36,449 bases of DNA from Lentisphaerota bacterium (GTDB lineage: Bacteria; Verrucomicrobiota; Lentisphaeria; Oligosphaerales; Oligosphaeraceae): assembly GCA_012800565.1 (NCBI GenBank), contig JAAZIZ010000364.1, forward strand, positions 1-36,449. The letters are read 5' to 3'. Under the pieces are notes generated by a model, which saw only the letters and a list, made by a program, of their open reading frames with translations, did no database searches and had not been told where the DNA came from. Of the stretch, positions 24,817-33,427 are shown piece after piece. A program made the position numbers and the translations under genes. The stretch's first letter is position 1. Each line of letters begins with the position of its first letter.

Positions 24817-27800
24817 CTATTCCGGGCAGAAGTCACTCTCCACCGCGAACTGGCTGTCCCAGACCGCCACATTGTCTGGGAAGTACTTCTGCAGCCTGCC
24901 CGCGAGTTGCTTTCTGCTGACCCCTTTTTTCAGGATTACCTGCAGGAATCCGCCGCCGCCGGCACCGGCGATAAACTGCCCCGCCAGCAGGTCTCGACAG
25001 GCATTGAGGATAAATTCGATGCAGGTATTGCTACAACCGGGGACGAGTCTCTGGTTCAGCAGCCATTGCTGCGACAACAGACGGGCGAAGTAGTCGATAT
25101 TGCCGCGCTGCAGAGCTGCAGCCATTTTCTCCGGCAGAGCGCGGATGTCCTTGAGCGTTTCCAGGGTATCGCGGTCATTGGCCAGATACTTTCCCACAAT
25201 TTCCCGCAGGAGATTGCGGGCCAGGCGGCGCTGTCCGGTACTGATCAGCACAAACCGCTCCTGCAGGTTCCGTCTGGTGTTGGCGGACAGCCGCAGGGGT
25301 TGTATCTCATATTTCGGCTGCCAGCCGGGACTGGTACGGATCAGCTTGATCCCGGGCAGCAATCCGCCCAACTGGTCCTGCCAGCCACCGCCGGTGGACA
25401 TGGTCTGTTCCAGACACAGCGTCAGGTTGCTGATTTCAGCACTGGTATGGCGCAATCCGAACAGCCGGCCCAAAGCCAGCAGGCTGCCGGCCGCCAAAAT
25501 GCTGCTGGTACCCAGCCCCGACCCGCGCGGAACATTTATGACCTGAGTGCAGAGCGATAAACCACCGCCCAGCTGGCGCAGCAGCTCTTTGAGGGCCGGC
25601 CCTCCCTGCCGGGGAATGATGCCCAAGCTGAGCAAGGCAGCTTTATGCAATGCGAAAGGGTCGAAAGGGTTGCCGCAATCCTGCAGGGCAGCCAAATCAG
25701 TAAAAGTACTGTACTGGCCTGTATCCGCGCTGGCCAGTTCAATCTGCAACTGAGGCAATCTCCTGGCAGTAACCCGGACCGGATACTGCCCCTGCAGTTT
25801 AATCGCCGCATTCAGGACGACTCCGCCATGCTCACAGCAATACGGCGGAGTATCGGTCCAGCCGCCGCCCCAGTTGACCCGTAACGGCAGCTCAACCGTC
25901 TCTTCGGTGGTAGCGAAATGCAGTTCCGGCGGGGGAGGTTGCAGGCAGGCCTGGCAGATTTCCCGACGGATGCAGTCAAAGGCCTGGGCGGCAAAAGCAC
26001 TCTGCCGTTCCGGGGGTAACGGTGCCTGGCTTAGGCAGTAAAGCAGCCGCATTCGCTCGCCCGGGGTCCAGCTGCCCAGGAGTTCTTCCGGCCAGGCATT
26101 CAGGAAATCCGCGGGCACATCGGCAGGCAGGCAGAGTTGGATTTTTTCCAGTTCCTGGCCCGCTTGAATGCTTTCCCGCAGGCGTGCCATAAGGATATAC
26201 TGGCGCAGTTTTGCCTGCGCCTCCCAGAGCGCCTGATAATCACATTCGGCCAGACTGCTGGCCAGGCTGTGCAGGCGCATTCCGGGAAAAAGCTTGTCCA
26301 ATTGCAGCTTTGCCGCCAAGCTTTCGTGACTGTCCTGGGCCAGCGCATTTTTTTTCTCCTGCACGGTCCGGTAGATTTGCAGTGCGGCGCAGATGCCGGA
26401 CTCCCAATCCTGGCACTCGGGGAACAAGGCAGTCTCCCAGAGTGATTCCGGCGCGGCGAACTTTCCCAGCGGGCAGCCGAGGTAGGATTTCAGGGTCTTG
26501 CTGTCGTCCTTCAAGCCATAGATGCGGACACAGTATTGGCCGGAGCGCAGTTTCAGACCATGCATCACGATGTCGTCCGGGTATTTCAGGTCTGGCAGAT
26601 TGAGGTTTGCAAACAGGCTGTTGGCCGGCAAAGTGCAATTCTCCGCCACAATACAGTCTTCCAGATAACAATCAGGTGGCAGCTGGCATTTGCCCAGGGC
26701 CAGGGTATTATAGGCTGAACCGCGTTGGCTGGCCAGGCCGAAACAGCCCACTTGGCGCTGCCAATGCAGGAACTCATAATCTTCTACAGCGCTGCTGACC
26801 AGATGCAGCAGTTCCGGTGTAGTGCCGAAATGCACAAACTCCGCCGGCGAAAGCCGCAGCAGGCGCAAGCGGAACGGGCGCAGGACCGCCCAGATTTCCT
26901 GCCGGCAGGCCTGCAGAGCCAAATTCAGACTGCCCTCAGCTTTCTCCTGCTGAAACTGGGCAGCGCTGGAATCCATGGCCAGCGGATACAAAAAATCGCC
27001 ATAGAAGCTCAGGCGGACCTCGGAATTGATCATTGCCGCCCGGCGGGCAGGATCAGTCTGGCCCTGGCGGGATATCAGGCTGAGCAAAGCCTCCAAAACC
27101 GCCCGGGATAAAAAGATGGCTCCGGTGTCAAGGTTGACGTTGCCCCGCTCGTCCACCGCACCCAGCCGGCACAACTGCGGCAGAGGAATTTTATGCAGAA
27201 AGGCTTTTACCCCGCCGTGCCCGTCATCCAGAAAGACCCCGTGATGCTGACCGGTGGCGGCATCCTTCTGGCAGGAAATTGCCACTGCGTCTTCGAGTTG
27301 CAAGTCCAGCTGCAGAGGATTAAAAAGCAGCAGCACATCCCCGGAAAGGACCAGCATCCCGGGCTGGCAGCGGGCAGCCACCCCGGACATCGCGATCAGC
27401 AGCTCATCAAAAAGGGTCGAATTGCGCCCGTCCGGCAGGCATCGCAACACCGGCGAGAACAGCTTGCCGCAGGCGGAATACTGCGGAATGCGCTTGCTGT
27501 CGCCCCCGCTGTGAATGACCAGCAGACGCAAACCGGCCAGAGAACCGCAGCGGGAGCGGACCTCTTCCAGGACATTCAGGGTCGCTCCCCCGGAACCCTC
27601 CCGTTGCCCGTCCGGGTCAGCCAAGACCAGCCAACGGCTGTTTTGGGGCAGATATCCTTTCGCCTGCCGCTCGCGTAAATGGCGACGGTAGAATTGCGCC
27701 TGTTCCTCGTTGGCGGCAGTCAGGACAATGAAATCCCAGACCACAGGCTGCAGTCCTGCCAGCGCCAGGCTGTATTCTTCCCAGGCATCGGCTGAGCTCT

Positions 27801-27840
27801 GCTGCAGGAACAACTGGGATAATTTACGGGTGTTGATCAT
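24817..27840 (-). CDS. fkp: Bifunctional L-fucokinase / fucose-1-phosphate guanylyltransferase (Fkp-like)
   Basis: A 1007-aa ORF. The N-terminal pyrophosphorylase-like half carries IVLTAANEEQAQFYR and VIHSGGDSKRIP. The C-terminal half has the GHMP-kinase motif VPRGSGLGTSSILAAG. The size and domain order match Bacteroides Fkp. Confidence 0.8.
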   Translation of the reverse strand: MINTRKLSQLFLQQSSADAWEEYSLALAGLQPVVWDFIVLTAANEEQAQFYRRHLRERQAKGYLPQNSRWLVLADPDGQREGSGGATLNVLEEVRSRCGSLAGLRLLVIHSGGDSKRIPQYSACGKLFSPVLRCLPDGRNSTLFDELLIAMSGVAARCQPGMLVLSGDVLLLFNPLQLDLQLEDAVAISCQKDAATGQHHGVFLDDGHGGVKAFLHKIPLPQLCRLGAVDERGNVNLDTGAIFLSRAVLEALLSLISRQGQTDPARRAAMINSEVRLSFYGDFLYPLAMDSSAAQFQQEKAEGSLNLALQACRQEIWAVLRPFRLRLLRLSPAEFVHFGTTPELLHLVSSAVEDYEFLHWQRQVGCFGLASQRGSAYNTLALGKCQLPPDCYLEDCIVAENCTLPANSLFANLNLPDLKYPDDIVMHGLKLRSGQYCVRIYGLKDDSKTLKSYLGCPLGKFAAPESLWETALFPECQDWESGICAALQIYRTVQEKKNALAQDSHESLAAKLQLDKLFPGMRLHSLASSLAECDYQALWEAQAKLRQYILMARLRESIQAGQELEKIQLCLPADVPADFLNAWPEELLGSWTPGERMRLLYCLSQAPLPPERQSAFAAQAFDCIRREICQACLQPPPPELHFATTEETVELPLRVNWGGGWTDTPPYCCEHGGVVLNAAIKLQGQYPVRVTARRLPQLQIELASADTGQYSTFTDLAALQDCGNPFDPFALHKAALLSLGIIPRQGGPALKELLRQLGGGLSLCTQVINVPRGSGLGTSSILAAGSLLALGRLFGLRHTSAEISNLTLCLEQTMSTGGGWQDQLGGLLPGIKLIRTSPGWQPKYEIQPLRLSANTRRNLQERFVLISTGQRRLARNLLREIVGKYLANDRDTLETLKDIRALPEKMAAALQRGNIDYFARLLSQQWLLNQRLVPGCSNTCIEFILNACRDLLAGQFIAGAGGGGFLQVILKKGVSRKQLAGRLQKYFPDNVAVWDSQFAVESDFCPE

Positions 27841-28017
27841 TTATTGGAGAACAATACACAAAACAAACTGCGGACAGTATTGGCATCAGACTGAAGCAGA
27901 CTCCTAATAATATATTTCCTGCCCACTAAAGTATCCAGCCCTAACCGGGAAAATAGCGATGGCATTTTTTTTGTGCTCCCGGCTTGAAAAACCGGAAAGA
28001 CCATACATATTATTGTA

Positions 28018-28054
28018 TATCCAGTTGCTTTTTATCCAGGGGAACGATATCCAG
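28018..28054. repeat. Three TATCCAG heptamers at an exact 15-bp period in the fkp/coaE divergent intergenic region
   Basis: TATCCAG occurs at 28018-28024, 28033-28039 and 28048-28054. Further copies are at 27932-27938 (TATCCAG) and 28102-28108 (TATCCTG). The 10-bp palindrome GATAATTATC sits at 28062-28071. Confidence 0.6.
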
Positions 28055-28157
28055 GGACCGGGATAATTATCTTTGTTGCTGTAATCAGCACTTGCCTGTA
28101 TTATCCTGGGAAAGTATTTCCTTGTCCTGCCTGGGCCTCCGCAGAGGCTTAATAGAG

Positions 28158-28745
28158 ATGCCCTTAATTGCAATTACTGGCGGCATTGGCGCAGGGAAAT
28201 CTGCTGTCGCTGCCCGTTTCCAGACTTTGGGGGCTGAAGTTCTGGATGCAGACCACCTGGCACATGGTCTGTACCAACCTGCTTCGCCTGCCTGGCAGGC
28301 CATGCTGCACCGCTGGGGGCAGGACATTTTGTCGCCTGACAGCACCATTGACCGGCAGAAGGTGGCTGCAATTGTGTTTTCCTCCCACGAGGAATTGCTC
28401 TGGCTCAACAATCTCCTGCATCCGCAGCTGAAAGAAATCCTCCGCCAACGTACCGCAGCGGCTTCCGGTCTATTGTTTTGCGCCATCCCTTTATTGTTTG
28501 AAAGCGGCTGGCAGGATGAAGCCGCAACAGTGATTGCGGTATGGTGTGATTCTGACACGCAGCGCGAGCGTTTGCTGGCGCGTGGCTGGTCGCTTGCCCA
28601 AATCCAAGCTCGGCTGGAGAAACAGCTGTCCATGGATGAGAAACTTCTCCGCAGCGACTACGGAATCATCAGCAGCTGTTCCTGGCAGAATCTTTTTTTA
28701 CAATGTGATTACCTCTATCGGTTACTGCAGATGCGTTTATCCTGA
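28158..28745 (+). CDS. coaE: Dephospho-CoA kinase
   Basis: The ATG at 28158 gives MPLIAITGGIGAGKSAV (P-loop), followed by LDADHLAH. The product is 195 aa. The 58-codon upstream extension of the frame has no kinase features. Confidence 0.85.
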   Translation: MPLIAITGGIGAGKSAVAARFQTLGAEVLDADHLAHGLYQPASPAWQAMLHRWGQDILSPDSTIDRQKVAAIVFSSHEELLWLNNLLHPQLKEILRQRTAAASGLLFCAIPLLFESGWQDEAATVIAVWCDSDTQRERLLARGWSLAQIQARLEKQLSMDEKLLRSDYGIISSCSWQNLFLQCDYLYRLLQMRLS

Positions 28746-29025
28746 CTGCCTGCTACGACTCGCAATATATTCTTTCCGCACCCCAGCAGACAGGCCACCG
28801 CAGCAGCCGGATAATACTTGATTCAACAGCATGCATCAATCCTGCCTTTGCAGTTTGGCCAATAACGAAAAAACTTCTGCAAAATCCAATGTTGTCCGTT
28901 TCCCTGCCGGCATCCGGGTATAACCGCGATTTTTTACCGGCAGCAGCCGGGTGCCGCTGGCTCCGCCTGAACCCTGAAAGCAAATTTTTTAACCATAAGT
29001 AATACTCCAGACCAGGAAAGCACCA

Positions 29026-30984
29026 ATGACAGACGAGAAAAACACCCCCCCGGCTGAGTCTCAAACGCCGGAAAAAGAAAGTGCGCCGACGCGGAAACGG
29101 GTTGTTCGCAGCAAAAAAGCCAGCCTTACTGAGGCTCAGGGGGCCAACCCGTCCGATTCTGCCGTTTCCTCTGAAAAGAACGCGAGCAAAGAGAAGAGCG
29201 TGAGCAAAGCATCTGATAAAACTTCTGACGACAAATCCTTTGTCCCCAAGGTTGTTTACGAACAACTCCCCGAGTCGTCCTCGTCTTCGGCGGCCGATGC
29301 CAAAGCCGACAGCTCCGGGGAGTCGCCAGGCGCGAGTAAACCGACGCCTAAATTCTCTTTCAATTTTGGCCGCACCCTGGTTCCTCTGACTGGCACTCTG
29401 GTCAGCCTCTCGGATGGGCAGCCGCAGACTGCGCGTCTGCCTGCAACGCCCACACCGCCTCCAGCCTCGCGTGAGAAGACCACCCCGCCGCCGGCCCGGC
29501 AAACACCTCCGTCTGCATATTCGGGCGGGAGCGCTCCTGCGAGTGCGGCACTGAACCGCAGCAATACCCGCAGCGGCAAGAACGGCCTGACGTCCCGCCG
29601 TGGTAGCAAAAGCTCCAGACTGCAAGGTCTGCCACAGGATTTTGAATATGACGATCCTGGTTTGCCGGATGAGCAGAGCCTGCCAGCCGATTACGAACGT
29701 TCTGACCGCATCACTCGTGAAGCTATCGACCAGGCCCATCTGCAGAGCCTGGCCATGCCGGAATTGATCAGGATTGCCGAGTCATTGGGGCTGGAGGATG
29801 CCGGAAGCCTGGACAAGCATGAGCTGATATTCGCCATTATGAAGCGAAACAGCTCTGAAGCCAACGGTGTAATGTACGGCAGCGGAGTGCTGGAAGTCAT
29901 GCCGGATGGCTTTGGCTTTCTGCGCAGCTCTGCTTTCAGTTATCTGCCTTGCCCGGAGGACATCTATCTGAGCCCGACCCAAGTCCGGCGCTTTATGTTG
30001 CGTACCGGCGACACCGTGGTAGGGCAAATCCGCCGCCCGCGGGACCGGGAGCGTTTTTTCCCGATGACCAAGCTGGAGAGCATCAACGGCGAGGCGCCTG
30101 AACGTAAGCGTACCCTGATCCCGTTCGAACAGCTCACCCCTTTCTATCCCACTCAACGCCTGGTAATGGAACGGGAAAAAACTGAAATCACTGCTCGGGT
30201 TATCGACATCGTCGCCCCAGTGGGCCGAGGACAGCGCGGGCTGATTGTCGCTGCACCGCGGACCGGCAAGACGGTGATCCTGCAGAAAATTGCCAACAGC
30301 ATCACTGCTAACAACGATGACATAATCCTGATTGTACTGCTGATTGACGAGCGTCCGGAAGAAGTCACTGACATGAAGCGCATGGTACGCGGCGAAATCG
30401 TCAGTTCCACTTTCGATGAACCGCCAGACCGGCATGTGCAGGTAGCTGAAATGGTCATCGAAAAAGCCAAACGCCTGGTCGAATACGGACAGCATGTGGT
30501 CATATTGCTGGACAGCATCACCCGCCTGGCCCGGGCGTACAATACCATTGAACCGCATTCCGGGCGCATCCTTTCCGGCGGTGTCGACGCTAATGCCCTG
30601 CATAAACCAAAGCGCTTCTTCGGAGCGGCACGCAATATTGAGAATGGCGGCAGCCTGACCATCCTGGCCACCGCGCTCATTGATACCGGCAGCCGCATGG
30701 ACGAGGTGATCTTCGAGGAATTCAAGGGCACCGGCAATATGGAACTGCATCTTGACCGCTTGCTGGCCGACAAACGCCTGTATCCGGCCATCAACATCGA
30801 CAAGAGCGGTACTCGCAAGGAAGAGCTGCTGATTCCAGCCGAAGAACTGGAGCGCATTTGGAATCTGCGCCGGGCTCTCAGCAGCACGCAGGTTGTGGAA
30901 GGCATGGAGATGCTGGTCAATAAACTGAAACGAACCAGCAGCAACGCCGAATTCCTTAAAACCGTGCCCGCAGAAAAAAGCTGA
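29026..30984 (+). CDS. rho: Transcription termination factor Rho with a roughly 235-aa low-complexity N-terminal extension
   Basis: The Rho core starts at about residue 237 ([18 protein letters not shown]) and includes GFGFLR, Walker A ([12 protein letters not shown]), [10 protein letters not shown] and [14 protein letters not shown]. Residues 1 to about 235 are Ser/Pro/Lys/Thr-rich. Confidence 0.93.
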   Translation: MTDEKNTPPAESQTPEKESAPTRKRVVRSKKASLTEAQGANPSDSAVSSEKNASKEKSVSKASDKTSDDKSFVPKVVYEQLPESSSSSAADAKADSSGESPGASKPTPKFSFNFGRTLVPLTGTLVSLSDGQPQTARLPATPTPPPASREKTTPPPARQTPPSAYSGGSAPASAALNRSNTRSGKNGLTSRRGSKSSRLQGLPQDFEYDDPGLPDEQSLPADYERSDRITREAIDQAHLQSLAMPELIRIAESLGLEDAGSLDKHELIFAIMKRNSSEANGVMYGSGVLEVMPDGFGFLRSSAFSYLPCPEDIYLSPTQVRRFMLRTGDTVVGQIRRPRDRERFFPMTKLESINGEAPERKRTLIPFEQLTPFYPTQRLVMEREKTEITARVIDIVAPVGRGQRGLIVAAPRTGKTVILQKIANSITANNDDIILIVLLIDERPEEVTDMKRMVRGEIVSSTFDEPPDRHVQVAEMVIEKAKRLVEYGQHVVILLDSITRLARAYNTIEPHSGRILSGGVDANALHKPKRFFGAARNIENGGSLTILATALIDTGSRMDEVIFEEFKGTGNMELHLDRLLADKRLYPAINIDKSGTRKEELLIPAEELERIWNLRRALSSTQVVEGMEMLVNKLKRTSSNAEFLKTVPAEKS

Positions 30985-31085
30985 TTTCCGCTCCTGCGAG
31001 CCAATAAATTTTGTTTTGCCAGCGTTAAGTGTTTGCCTTGGTTGGTGCCTCGGGAAAAATCATAATTAATTAAGGATTGTTGATC

Positions 31086-31391
31086 ATGGCAAGAGAAACG
31101 ATTAAGTGCCCGAATTGCGAATGCAAAGTCCTGCTCAGTGATGTGGAGAAAGAGGACGGCCTCTGCCCCGAATGTGGACAAATGGTCCAGTCGTCAAGTT
31201 TGTTCAGCGATTATGACGACGAAGATTATGACTTCGACTTAGATGACAACGATGAGAATGAATTCGATGACGACGATTACGATGACGATTTCGACGATAT
31301 CGAATTTGATGAAGAAGACGATCACTACCTGGACCAGGATTCCGATACTCCCCGCCGGCCTGGACGCAAGAAAAAGAAATTCGGGGAATGA
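31086..31391 (+). CDS. Small zinc-ribbon protein with polyacidic aromatic tract and basic C-terminus
   Basis: A 101-aa product from ATG 31086, with AAGGA 9 nt upstream. It has a zinc ribbon (CPNC...CPEC). A 47-residue tract (nt 31206-31346) contains about 30 Asp/Glu and 8 Tyr/Phe. The protein ends [12 protein letters not shown]. Confidence 0.6.
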   Translation: MARETIKCPNCECKVLLSDVEKEDGLCPECGQMVQSSSLFSDYDDEDYDFDLDDNDENEFDDDDYDDDFDDIEFDEEDDHYLDQDSDTPRRPGRKKKKFGE

Positions 31392-31457
31392 GTCGGCGCT
31401 GCTGGTTGATTTCCGGGCTGTTCCCGCTTCAATCATGCCCCGACACAAGACAGTGAG

Positions 31458-33344
31458 GTGTATTTAGTGTCTGATGCAAACGAAAACACATTGAATTATA
31501 AAGCCGTAAGTGATGAGGAATACGGTTCTCAGTCAATCAAGACCCTGAATCCTTGGGAGCATATCCGCACCCGGCCAGGGATGTATATTGGCCGCATCGG
31601 CAACGGCGAGCATCATGATGACGGTATTTACATACTTCTGAAAGAAGTCATCGACAATAGTGTCGATGAGTTTGTCATGGGGCAAGGCAGGCGCATTGAG
31701 ATCAGCATCTCCCCCGAGGGCTTGGCCAAGGTGCGCGATTACGGCCGGGGCATCCCCCTGGACAAGCTGCGCGAGTGCGTCTCGGAAATCAACACCGGCG
31801 GGAAATTCATCACTGGCAAGGACGGCATCAAGCGTCCGTTCTCCAGCTCCATCGGCTTGAACGGAGTCGGCCTGAAAGCGGTGAATTTCCTGTCGCAGGA
31901 ATTCACCGCGACTTCCTGGCGCGGCGGTAAGGCCGCCAGGGTCCGGTACCGGGAAGGGCTGTTCGTGGATGAGGAAAATTTTTCCACCCCGGAGCCCAAT
32001 GGCACTGAAATCTGTTTTCTGCCCTCCCGTGAGATTTTTCCCTCTTTCCGCTATGACCCCAAGTTCCTGCGTCGCCGCATGCAGCATTATTCCTGGCTGA
32101 ACAGCGGCCTGAGCATCATCTGCAATGGTGAGCGTTACTATTCCCGCCGCGGGTTGCTGGATTTGCTGGAAGCGAAAGTTGAATCCGATCCGATTTATGA
32201 GATTATCCATTACAAGTCCGAACGGATGGAATTCGCTTTCTGTCACACTGAAAGCTTCAACGAGAATTATTACTCGTTTGTGAACACGCAGTACACCAGT
32301 GATGGCGGCACCCATCTGGCGGCTTTCAAGGAGGCCATCGGCAAAGCCATCAGCGAGTTGTCCAGCAAGGACATGGAGTACGATGACATCCGCGGAGGCA
32401 TCACCGGAGCAATCGCTATCAAAATCCAGGACCCGGTATTTGAATCGCAGACCAAGAACAAACTCGGCAATACCGACATCAAGACTGGAATTATCAACGA
32501 GGTCAAGCAGGCCATCATCGCCTATTTGTACAAAAACCCTGAGACCAAGAGTCAGATTTTTGACAAGATTGAAAAGAACCGCAGTGTCCGCAGGCAGATT
32601 CAGGCTGTACGCAAGGGTGCGAAAGAGCTGGCCCAGAAATCAATGCTGAAGATCGCCAAGCTGCGCGACTGCAAGTACCATCTCAATGAAGCGGAATCGC
32701 GGCGCAAGGAGGAGGAGAAGCGCAAGTGCGAAGAGTCGATGCTGTTTCTGACCGAAGGTAATTCCGCCGCCGGCTCGGTGGTCACGGCCCGTGATCCCGA
32801 GACCCAGTCCGTATTCAGCTTGCGCGGCAAGCCCCTGAACTGCTACGGCCGGCGCAAGGAAACCGTATATCAGAATGAAGAGCTCTACGGCATAATGCAA
32901 GCCCTGGGCATTGAGAATTCTCTGGACAATCTGCGTTACGGCAAAGTAATCATCGCCACCGACGCCGATGTCGACGGCTTCCATATCCGCATGCTGCTGA
33001 TGACTTACTTCCTGACTTTCTTCCAGCCACTGGTGGAGATGGAACGCCTGTACATCCTGGATACACCGCTGTTCCGGGTGCGGGACAAGCGGGTGACCCA
33101 CTACTGCTATAACGAAGAAGAGCGCGACCAGGCTGTGCAAGAACTCGCCAAGGACTGTGAGGTGACTCGCTTCAAAGGCCTGGGCGAGATTTCCCCTGCC
33201 GAATTCGGGCAGTTCATCGGTGAAGACATCCGCCTGCAGCAGGTGGTTATCGACCAAAAACGCCAGGTTGACAGCATGTTGAAATTCTTCATGGACGACA
33301 ATACTCCCGAAAGACGCGCTTTCATTATGCAAAATCTGATCTGA
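31458..33344 (+). CDS. parE: Type IIA DNA topoisomerase subunit B, short ParE (topoisomerase IV B) type
   Basis: GHKL ATPase motifs (HIRTRPGMYIG, LLKEVIDNSVDE, GRGIP, GLNGVGLK) and Toprim motifs (LFLTEGNSAAGS, IIATDADVDGFHI). The start is GTG 31458 or GTG 31467; the latter has GAGG 8 nt upstream. ParE is favoured over GyrB by the roughly 625-aa length and the N-terminal pattern, but this is not proven. Confidence 0.8.
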   Translation: MYLVSDANENTLNYKAVSDEEYGSQSIKTLNPWEHIRTRPGMYIGRIGNGEHHDDGIYILLKEVIDNSVDEFVMGQGRRIEISISPEGLAKVRDYGRGIPLDKLRECVSEINTGGKFITGKDGIKRPFSSSIGLNGVGLKAVNFLSQEFTATSWRGGKAARVRYREGLFVDEENFSTPEPNGTEICFLPSREIFPSFRYDPKFLRRRMQHYSWLNSGLSIICNGERYYSRRGLLDLLEAKVESDPIYEIIHYKSERMEFAFCHTESFNENYYSFVNTQYTSDGGTHLAAFKEAIGKAISELSSKDMEYDDIRGGITGAIAIKIQDPVFESQTKNKLGNTDIKTGIINEVKQAIIAYLYKNPETKSQIFDKIEKNRSVRRQIQAVRKGAKELAQKSMLKIAKLRDCKYHLNEAESRRKEEEKRKCEESMLFLTEGNSAAGSVVTARDPETQSVFSLRGKPLNCYGRRKETVYQNEELYGIMQALGIENSLDNLRYGKVIIATDADVDGFHIRMLLMTYFLTFFQPLVEMERLYILDTPLFRVRDKRVTHYCYNEEERDQAVQELAKDCEVTRFKGLGEISPAEFGQFIGEDIRLQQVVIDQKRQVDSMLKFFMDDNTPERRAFIMQNLI

Positions 33345-33427
33345 ACTCCCCTGCCCCGGCGCAGGTGTGCTGCAGCGCTTGGATTGCTATTTTTATCCCC
33401 CTAATATTATCCTAACTTGAGGCAGTT

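Noticed and set aside
27984-28157. 58-codon N-terminal extension of the coaE frame
   Set aside because: The extension crosses the repeat-rich intergenic region. The P-loop N-terminus (MPLIAITGGIGAGKS) at 28158 matches the usual CoaE start.
28753-29739. 328-aa Arg-rich minus-strand ORF
   Set aside because: It is antisense to the low-complexity N-terminal extension of rho. The compositional bias keeps the opposite strand open. The same applies to 29782-30750 and 30153-31181 on the minus strand inside the rho core.
31206-31346. GAT/GAC/GAA-rich repetitive DNA that could be mistaken for a repeat array
   Set aside because: It is simply the coding sequence of the polyacidic tract. There is no repeat-spacer organisation, and I saw no CRISPR-like array anywhere in the window.
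31086-31391. Possible YacG (zinc-finger gyrase inhibitor) homologue, suggested by proximity to coaE and a topoisomerase gene
   Set aside because: The second Cys pair is LCPECG rather than the FCSxRC context, and the conserved DLGxW-type C-terminal segment of YacG is absent. Only a loose functional analogy remains.
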